From Lepidodermella squamata (lineage: Eukaryota; Animalia; Gastrotricha): DNA of 64,000 nt. The first letter of the stretch is position 1; each line of letters begins with the position of its first letter. Below, in pieces: positions 11,801-21,900 of the stretch. The stretch is from NCBI GenBank assembly GCA_047495785.1, contig JBLDXI010000048.1:62001-126000 (forward strand), in the 5' to 3' direction. The position numbers and the translations under genes are program-made. The notes beneath the pieces were generated by a model. That model made no database searches, was not told where the DNA came from, and saw only the letters and a list, made by a program, of their open reading frames with translations.

Positions 11801-14800
11801 GGCGCTTGCTGCTGCTGCTGCTGATCTTCGACAACGGCAACTGCGGCGGCGGGCGGTGATTTCATTTCGGCCTCGCTTGTTTGGCCTGGCGTTGCATCGC
11901 CGGCTGGCGGTTTTTCGCCGTCGACTGCCATCGGCACCGCGGCGGCGTCCTTCTCCTTTTCCTTCTCCTTCTCCTTCTCTTTGTCCTTGTCTTTCGACTT
12001 GCTGATCGGCATTCGCTCGCCGTTTCGCATCAGGTCGACATAGACAAATTCTGGCTCGGACAGATCCTGCAAAATTCATTTAGAAATAGTCTTAATCATG
12101 CTAATAAGTAGACGGTGAATTAAAATTCGTGAACGTTATCAGAAGTTCCATGGTAAGATAGGTCAAATAATTGAAAATCAATAGACTGTTCAGGAGCAAA
12201 AAATAACGCTCATTGTAAACCAAAAGGAGTAAATGAAAAATGAAAAATGGAGACAAAACGTTTTCTCAGTGCAATCTGCGCGGTTAATTCTATCATTACT
12301 GGTTGGTTTACGTTGACAAAATGCAACAATGTGTGGTTTCAACGTTCAACTTCATGAATCAGATTCATGCCATGCAAATAGAACTCGAATTTAGACAGTA
12401 ATTATTCAAGGCTAGTTTTTAACGCGACGATGTTGCGGACGACGATCGCAAGGCGCGCTTTTAGTGGGCGAGGGAATGCGCTTTCACCGTCGCATTTGTT
12501 GAGCTAATCCACGAGCATCGCGAAAACCGCACACACAATTGTTGCATTCAACTAACAAATCAGGTTTGCTTCAATCTTTGCCCAAGAAAGGGAGTAATGC
12601 GAGTTTCAGAAACAAATCACAGAATTCGACAGGCGCATGCGGTTGGAAACAGACCAACTTATTCAACGCTGGCACATTTTTCTGGTTGAACGGGTGTGCA
12701 TTTTGAATTTTGATGTGCCAAATGGGAAAAATCTTACGCCGGTACCAAATTTCATTTAATTCAATACCTAACCATTTTATTCGTTTTTCAACTGGTTAGG
12801 GTTAGGGTTAGGTTAGGGTTGATTGAAGACTGGGTCTTCAAATTGGGGATTTGGAATAATTTGGTACGGAATTCAATGATGTTTGGTACTGAATTCAATA
12901 ATTTGGTAATGATCTCACTATATCCCGTGCCAATTTACTTGAACAAGTCGCGTGTCAATAAGACAATAATAGGCCAGTATGAAATGTCGGGGATAGGGCC
13001 GCGTTGCAAAATATCAACTGCAATTATTTAGTTTCTAAACGGGTACCTATTCAAACCGAAACCCCGCAAAAATTACAATAAATGAGAGCCGAAGCTGCGG
13101 AATTGCCTCTTTTTGATTTAGGTACGACAAAGTCTATCACTAATCAGCCGCCTACACTTTGGAAAACCAGATTTTAACCAGTCGTCTACTAATTCGTCTG
13201 TCATGGGAGGTTAACGACTTACGAGTAAAACGGTGATGACATCGGTTTCGGTGCACTTGGAGCCGAATTCGCGTGATTCGTGCTTCGAGCTGATCAAGCG
13301 GCCGCGGCAGTCGAACGCAAACGACAGCTTGTCATCGGCGAGGCGATTCGGCGCGACCGACGGCGTCGAAAAGCCGATGCGCAGCACGTGGCGCGGCTTC
13401 TCGTCCGGGTGGATCGACGTGGGCGTGATGAGGCGCACGACGCGCACTTCGTAGGCGACGCGCGCCCGCGACTCGAGGGTGATGGGCACGCCGTACGTCG
13501 CCTTCACGCCGCCCATCATCATGCCGAAGCCCTCGTCGTTCATCGTCTTGGCGCGGTAGCCGTCGTGGTCGAGCACGAGGTTCAGGTCGGAGAAGAAGCG
13601 GTCGAGCGCGACGGTCGTCGACTGCCACCACAGGTCCGGTTCCGCGCCGCTGGCGCCGGCCGAGCTCAGGTCGAGCGCGCCGCCCGACGACGAGCCGCCG
13701 ACGCGGCGCCGCTTCTCGTCGGGCTCGCGCGACGACACCGACTCGTCGTCGTCGTCGCGTGACCGCCGGTGCTCCGAGCGCCGGTGGCTGCCAGAGTCGC
13801 GGTGGCTCGGCCGGTCGCGGTCGTGGTCTGAGGAGGAGCCGCGGCGGGCGCTGTTGCTGCCGTTTCGCGGCGACCTCGAATTTCCGGGCGATTCCGATCG
13901 GTATCTGTCGCGGCTAGAAAATAGTGAAAATTGCAGTTAAAAATCACGTGATCGATTTACGAAAATAACATAATTTATCATCATCAGCAAAACCGCTTCG
14001 AGAATAATTAGACAAAATTAAGCAATCGTGAAATTTCGTCATGGTTTATGTCTAAAAGTGTCCCATCGTCAGAAAAAGCTAGCAAGAGCTCTCGAGAGAG
14101 TTTGTCTCGACTAAACAAATTACACCAGATTTTGACGTAACTTTCTGAATTTAGGATTTAGGTTCTCCAAACACGAAAAAAACTTATTTTTGGGAAAAAT
14201 AACGTCAGAGTCACAAATGTAACACTGGAAACATAAATGTATAGCAGGGTGTGCACTTTTCTACACCGTAGCAATTTTCTACAACGATGTGGTTAATTTG
14301 TCTCAAGGTTGAGCAATATTAGACTAGAATATTATATTTCGAAAAATCTCAATTTTCCAATTGAATCTTTCCGCAAATAACAGACATAAAAAGCCGAAAG
14401 CTTGAGATTGCGAGTCAAGTTTCAAGCCCATCAAAGTCATGGGTAAAAGTATCAAAGTTACCAAACTCACATTTTCTCTGCAACAGGTTGGTTTTCAGAT
14501 TCTGGCTGGTCCTGGGACTTATGTTCGCCGGAACTATCGCCGTTATTATTATTGTTGTTGTTAGCCGACTCTTCTCCGTCGTCAAAGTCGTTATTTTTGT
14601 TGCTATTTTCAGCGTTGTCATTGCCACCACCATGGCTATTTGATCCGTGATCATCATCATCTTCATGCATAGCGTGCGGATTTTCGCCATATTCGTGATA
14701 TGATGGCTTCTGATCAGGGTAAGCGCCTTGGTCATAATGCTCACCAGCCTGGCCATTTTCTTCGCCATAATACTGACCACCATCACCAGGCTGTTTATAG

Positions 14801-15223
14801 TCCTCCTCGTGCTCCTCTTGCTTATAGTCGTATTCGCCAGCGGCAGAATGATGCCGACCATTACCATTTCCATTGCCGTTATTGTGCTCATCCTCTTCGT
14901 CGCCTTTTACAAGGCCTTCCATCGAAGCGGATGATTCAGAGGGAGGCAAACCATTCTCCTCGTCTAGATAATTATCGAAAAACAAAATCAAGTCAGTTTC
15001 AGACGAAAAATAACAAAAAACGGTGTTTAACTAGCTGAAAAAGATAGGAAATAAATTAAAGAACTTATGCAGCTGCGGTGGGCATAACTCAGGTCATGCT
15101 ACACGTACTGGTTATTGCTGATTTCAATCGCATTAGTAGCTCAGGCTTTAAGCCGTGAGAATCCAATCCGCGGCGCTGCAACTCTGCTTTCAATTCAGGA
15201 ACCTTCAGCGAATCCGGATCCAT
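8885..15223 (-). CDS. HNRNPUL1: hnRNP U / hnRNP U-like protein; exons 15223-15109, 14963-14471, 13913-13223, 12066-9673, 9259-8885
   Basis: SAP domain in exon 1 ([37 protein letters not shown], absent from the ORF track). SPRY-like GVKATYGV, P-loop [22 protein letters not shown] and Q/P-rich tail. GT-AG junctions are in frame. Confidence 0.88.
12724..12926. mobile_element. 203-bp MITE-like element with internal TTAGGG repeats, in hnRNPUL intron 3
   Basis: GGG...CCC termini; flanking gtgccaaat (12715-12723) and gtgccaatt (12927-12935) as an imperfect 9-bp TSD; subterminal inverted taccaaatt/aatttggta. Confidence 0.55.
12794..12820 (+). repeat. Interstitial telomere-like (TTAGGG)n, about 4 units
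   Basis: ggttagggttagggttaggttagggtt. Confidence 0.85.
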
Positions 15224-17142
15224 TTATAAAAAAACAGGAAACGATAACAGCGTCGTCAGCAGCGGTAATATCAGGAGTAATAATTAGTCAATTAATATTT
15301 TTAAAACAGTTTGTCTGCTCGCGTTGTGATGAACCTATTTTGCACGACTGGATCAATCATTATCAATATCAGTTATCATCATCATCAGTATTTTTCAAAC
15401 TGCAAACACCAAGCGACAAAGATGGTATACAGCACATCATGTGTAGTAAACGGTGTAATATGATATGGAAAAGCGACTATTCAAGGTGCTATTTCAACAT
15501 TATCTTTATCAACAGCTTTTCTTCTATATTTCAGGTAGGCATATACATTCAATTTAACGAGACAAATAAAAACATAAGATCTGCTGCCCGCTGCTCCCTT
15601 ATCCTCAGCTGCCACTGCTTTCTTAGATTGTCAGCTGCAACTGCATCACGGCTGCATGATTCGTTAATCGTATATCGCGGATTCTACGATACATTCAACA
15701 GTATGTAGATGTAGTGCGTTCAATTCGATCAGTTATGCGTGACTTTCAGATCATCATTGACGGAAGAATGGCAATTAGATTTGCAGCCGTTAAAATTTAC
15801 CATTTCAGTAAAGCAGCTATTTAATTAACCGTCATCAGCGGACTCAGCATCCCAGCAATTGCCTCACGAGAATTCAAGCCTGAATGTGAATAACAAAACG
15901 AATAATGATAATATCAGCAATCAGGCAAAATTTATTGTAAAGCCCCGATTGATAGCAATGAGTCATCGTGAATATACCAATTACAAATGCGAGGCGAATG
16001 ATAATCATAGATTTAAGATTCAACAAAATTCAACATGCACAATTCTTCGAATACTTCAGATAATCAGAGAAATGATCTAAGCGTGGGTGATAAAATCGGA
16101 TATATACCTCAGCGAACGACGCGCATAGTTGATTCGCAGCAAATCTCGCAGCACGGTACACAGCGAGATGCGAAAAATCATCTGTTGTCGATTGTCCGTG
16201 AGAGTTGCAGGCCATGGACATCAGACTTTGTCTTTTTCAGTAGTTCGATAGGTTCCATAATCCATATTCCGTATTGATCGTCAATACCCAAGAGAGTTGT
16301 TATCTCAAGCGAGAAGGATGAAGCAGATCTCACGTTTCGCCTAGCTCCTGAGCATGCATCGGTTCCAAAAAATCGGTAATAGAACTAGCAAGGGTTATGC
16401 TACAGGCGGCAAACCCAAGCATTACGAGCATACCGTCACAGCCAACAGCAAATCGGTAAAAGTTGCGAGCAGGGCCTAAAAAGCGAACTTCGAAACGCGA
16501 AAAAAACAAAATCGGCGTAGCCATTTTTATTTGAGTTCAAGTTTTATTTTCAACTTTATAAAACAAGTATTTTTGTGTTTATTAAAATATTTGTTACCAA
16601 AAATTATTCTATGATACGCCAATTAATTTTTATCTGTTCTATTTTTGATGAAGGGGTGGAAGGTCAGTGAGTGTGCCGGCTTGGGGAATACCGACGATAT
16701 CGCCGTTTGAGCAGAATCGATCGACCTACGCGGGTCGTGCGTGAGTAAAGTAAAGCAATGTTCTCAGTTACAAAGCTACCCTCTATACACACAGGTTGAC
16801 AGGTTGAGTGTGATCGAACCTTGAGTTTCAGCGGAGCAGCAGCAGCAGCTGTTACATACATGCGGATATTCGTGTTAACTGCACGAGTTCAGACACGAAT
16901 TAATTTTTTTCCGATCTTCTCCCGCGGAGCTCTAGTATGTTGCGAACAATACGAATGTGCTAGATTCGAGTCGCCTCGTTTCTTCTCTAATCTCTAGCTC
17001 TGCTTAGTCCTGTGTTCTGTGGCTTTTGTTTTGAGTTGCGCAAGATGCAGGATGTTAGTACACGAGATCTACATACTTCGCTTTGTTTTTCACTTATCTA
17101 AATTGTTTTCCAGTTTCTAGTTATTGATTATTGCTTATTAAA

Positions 17143-18485
17143 ATGGCCTCAACCCAAGCAGCGAAAGCTAAAATGGATACTGACGACAGCAATGATCTTC
17201 CTGACGAGGTGTTGCGCATGAGCACGGACGAAATTGTGGCTCGCACCAGGCTGCTTGACAATGAGATTAGGGTTAGTTTCTATTGCTTCGTGTGTACCAA
17301 CATTTGAACATCCTGTTCATCCACTAGATCATGAAATCAGAAATCATCAAGGTAACCCACGAACTGCAGACTGAAAAAGAGCACATTCGCGAGAATGCTG
17401 AGAAAATCAAAGTCAACATGCATCTACCGTATCTTGTGGCCAACGTCATCGAAATTCTAGACACAGATCCCCAGGGAATGGAGGATGGCCTCGGCGCTGA
17501 TCTCGACGCGCAACGCAAGGGAAAGTCCGCTGTCATTAAGACTTCAACCCGCCAAACCTACTACCTACCAGTCATCGGCCTTGTAGACCCTGAAAATCTG
17601 AAACCCGGTGATTTGATCGGTGTCAACAAAGACTCGTATCTCGTTTTGGAGAAACTGCCCGCGGAATACGATGCTCGAGTAAAGGCGATGGAGGTCGACG
17701 AACGGCCGACTGAGCAATATTCAGATATCGGTGGCCTCGACAAGCAAATTCAGGAACTTATCGAGGCTGTAGTTCTACCCATGACGCATAAAGATCGGTT
17801 CCAGGCTTTGGGAATTCAACCGCCTAAGGGTGTTTTGCTCTACGGACCGCCTGGTACAGGCAAGACGCTGCTTGCCAGGGCGTGCGCTGCTCAAACGAAG
17901 GCAACTTTCCTGAAACTTGCCGGTCCTCAACTCGTGCAGATGTTCATCGGTGATGGCGCGAAACTCGTGCGAGACGCGTTCTCCCTCGCCAAGGAAAAGT
18001 GCCCCGCCATTATTTTCATCGACGAACTCGACGCTATTGGCACGAAGCGTTTCGATTCGGAGAAGGCGGGCGATCGCGAGGTGCAGCGTACCATGTTAGA
18101 ACTGCTCAACCAAATGGACGGTTTCCACCCGAACCAGGACATCAAAGTCATCGGCGCGACGAACCGTGTCGACATTCTCGACCCTGCCCTGCTGCGATCT
18201 GGCCGTTTCGATCGCAAGATCGAATTCCCGATGCCGACCGAGGAAGCTCGCGGTCGCATCATGCAAATCCACTCGCGCAAGATGAACGTGCATGCCGATG
18301 TGAACTTCGACGAGTTGGCTCGCTGCACGGACGACTTCAACGGGGCGCAACTGAAGGCGGTGTGCGTTGAGGCGGGCATGATTGCCCTGCGACGCGGCGC
18401 GGCCATCGTCATCCACGAGGACTACATGGAGGGCATTATCGAAGTGCAGGCGAAGAAGAAGGCGCATCTCACTTACTACGCCTAA
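17143..18485 (+). CDS. PSMC3: 26S proteasome regulatory ATPase subunit 6A (Rpt5); exons 17143-17271, 17328-18485
   Basis: [39 protein letters not shown]-terminal HbYX tail YYA. Confidence 0.97.
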
Positions 18486-18920
18486 GTCACCGATCGTCAC
18501 GTACTACACTGATTTATTCCTGCTATTAATGACTTTCATTATTGTGTTAAACTTGATAAAAATACGCGCAACAATTGCAACAAAAAGTGAAACAAGTTCT
18601 GTAAAACAGCATGTTTGCGGCGAGTTGGACTAGCTCAAGGCTTTATACTTGGGATTGGGGCAAAAAATAAACGATTGAAAACTAAATTGAAAACAAACTA
18701 ATTCATCGTGAACCAGGTTTCAATGGCTTCGAGCTAGTCTAACTCCAAGGTTTGTCTTGTACTGAAATTCTACGTAGAAAATTCCGTGCGCTCTAAGCGC
18801 GAATCTGTTCTCTGTGTTTTGCTTCTGCGAAAAAACGAGGAAAGAACCAAACTAATGGTGATAATACAGAAAATTTGAATAAAATCGGAATTTTACTCGG
18901 GTATTTTTGTGTCTTAGATA

Positions 18921-21900
18921 ATGCTGAAATTACTGTCGAGTTTAACCGGGGCGTTGAGTAAATTGACGGTGAATCCGGTGCGCAATGTGTCATTTGCGAA
19001 TTCGGTGACTGCCGATGAGCTGTGGCGGTCGGTGACGTCGAAGAGCGCGGCTGGCGGCAAGCGGACGGGCGGCAAACGAGGCGGTACGAAGAAGAAGACT
19101 GACTTGAACCGCGGCCAGGTGATCGGCATGGGCGCGCGCGGCATGATCTGGCCCGGGCTGAACTCGCCCGTGTCGCAGGGCCCGCGCCTCGTCGCCCAGG
19201 CGCCGTTCACGCCCGACCCGCACCGCATGGATGCGATTTACCGCCTGCGCAACAAGCTGGGCGTGCGGCGGCGCATGAAATTGGCGCCGCTCGAGCGAGG
19301 CTGGACCGGGTCGCGGTGGCCAGGCATGAAAATCGGCCCGCCTGATCCGATCGGCGATTGTAAGTTGACTATAGATCGTTTGCAAATATACCCAAGTATT
19401 ATGAGCTCGAACGTGTAATAGCTATACCTATTGCAAATTAGGGTTGCACTTTATTTAACCCGCAATCGCAACAATCGCCGTATTTCGCTTGCGGTCGACT
19501 GTTATAGGGCTGGAAACCTCGAAGCCTATTATCTTGGCTGCTAAAATTTGAAACATGAGGCCGATTCACGAAAAAATATTGAGAAAACTGGCGAAATTTA
19601 AACTTGGAATTTCAGTTCGAGTTTAGCATGTTGTAGTTCGCGAATGCTCTATGGCTACCTCATATTCAATGCAGAATTGAAACTTGGAGTTATTTCATTA
19701 TTTCATTAGAAATAGGCGTGTGGTAGATGCATGTTTAAGCTAGATTGAGTAGGTGTTAAGTATCACAAAAATTGTCTTAGTTTTTCGCGTTCCCGTAGAA
19801 TCCGTGTGAATGTGAACATTCTTACAAGCCCACTGGGATGAAATTTTGTTTACGACCTCTGCCTCTCGGCACTCGCGGCGCGTTGACCCACTGACGTAAG
19901 CAAGCCTAATCAACCCTTCCATACCGCAATAAGATTCAAAAAATTCGTACCGGGGAGTTTCTTGGGAATGTACATACTGTATATACCGATTTGGAAGGCT
20001 CTGCCTTGTCACTGCATCAATCAACCTGCAGCTCCTGCTTGAAGTAACTTGAAATCATCGGAACAATAATTACTTTCATCGTACCATTTTTATCTGAAAC
20101 CATCGGAACCATCGGAATAAATATTTCGCTATTAAAAATTCATTATTTCATCGGAAAAGCTTCATTTCAATAACAGTATATTCCGACACTTTAAGTTACT
20201 GATTTCCGACGAATAATTAGAAAGCTGTTTTAAATTTTAAACCCCGGCGCGTATTTCGAGTTGCTAGCCCTCCGTTTTTTCCTACGCCAACAGAAACAGA
20301 GCCGGTGAGTTTGCCACGACCTCGACCTCGGCTACAGACAGTTTCGTCAACAGATATCATCGATGTGATAGCTGTTAACCGACTACGACCACGCCTTGGT
20401 TCAGAAACCACAGGTTCAGCTTGGGCTGGAACATTAGCCGTACTAGGACCACGTCTAGGCTCAGCAACCAAAGGTTTCAGAAACCCAGTGATTGATGACA
20501 TCGTCGGTTTTCGAGAGAAATGCAGTGAGGGCGGGACAGTCCTATCAGTTCCTTCAGCCTTTACCCGATTATTCAGCGATTCATTCGCGTTATTAGTTAT
20601 AGAGCGTTATTATTATAAAATCAGAGGCGCCTTCATACCAACACGACAGCGGACCATAGATATAAATTGGCTAGAATTACTTCATGAAGTCTTCGTAAAC
20701 GCAAGCATTAGGAATAGCCCTAAGCTCATCCTTCGTCGATAGCCATAACACTAGGAACTGCAAAGAGAAATTGATTAATTATCGTCTGAAACCGTCGGAA
20801 ATCGCCTCGTTGTAATCTTTTGCCAGTTGGACGACAAAAATAGGTCCGTTTTTTCGTTTCTTGGAAAATTTCTATGAACGCACTTGACCATTTTACAGGA
20901 ATGGAAACATTTTTAGCGTACCGTAACGCGCCCTAAATTTGGACACCCCAAATTTGGACACTTTGAGCTTTAGCCCAAAATATCAATTTGTGCATAACTG
21001 ATAAAAATTTCAAAATTTCACTGAAAAATAGCTCCCTTCATGGGCTTTCCAACGGTACCAAATTTGCCAATACTTTCATGTACTATCGATTTGCGAAAAA
21101 TCGCCGAAGCTCGATCACTCAGAAAGGTGTTTTGGGACCCCCCTTGCCAAATGCTCACCTGTGAACGGTTAGGGCTGAAATTTTTTTTGCGCATAGGGAT
21201 TTACCTAAACTAAATTCTGTATAAAAATCTCGGCAGAAGGACAAGCCAATTTTGATACAGGTGACTTTGAATTTAGCCTCTAAATTTGGACACTTTTAAT
21301 GATATTTTTATCTCTATGCATATGCAAACGAAATGTATGCTTTTTGTCAGTTTTTGAAAAGAATGGCAACGCATTGATGGAACCTTGGAATTAGCTTAAT
21401 GACTCCCGGCCTAGGCTATGTTTCAAATATCTGCGATTGAATATTAAATTTTCTGAGGTAGGAAATGTATGAGGGTGCCCACTTAGACGTTCAGGGTCTG
21501 CTTTTTCCAACACACACAAACACGCAACGGGCGTCGGTAAACGAACACATGGGTTAAGGACAGTAAATTTGGCGACATGATGTAATGCGCGTCTGATCCA
21601 ATTTATTGGCTCAGGTCAGTCTGTGATCCCCCGATCGCAGTGACGCTGGAGGGGCACTTTGATTGCCCGATCGGCGCGGCTCTCTGAGCCAAATGCCCCA
21701 GTAGGTTAGGGGGGGGGGGGGGGGGGGGATTTTCTGAGGTTAATATCGTTGCGAAGTCGAGTGGTGTTCATTAGAACGCGCACTTCAGATTATTTCTCAA
21801 ACAATTTCTGCTGCTGTTATTATCGATACGCCAACTTCGTCAGATATTTCCAACAACAAGCTGTTTCAACATCAAGCTGTACGTCATCGATCGATACTAC

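Noticed and set aside
9682-11859. 725-aa plus-strand ORF and other long overlapping ORFs
   Set aside because: Antisense or alternate-frame shadows of the very GC-rich hnRNPUL exon; low-complexity L/R/A content and no motifs.
15700-15980. Possible C/D snoRNAs (minus-strand ATGATGA/CTGA; a 10-nt stretch resembling an 18S complement)
   Set aside because: Box spacing and D' placement do not fit, and there is no terminal stem.
16330-16524. 64-aa ORF as the first hnRNPUL exon or a selenoprotein
   Set aside because: The SAP-encoding first exon is at 15223-15109; no redox motif or SECIS seen.
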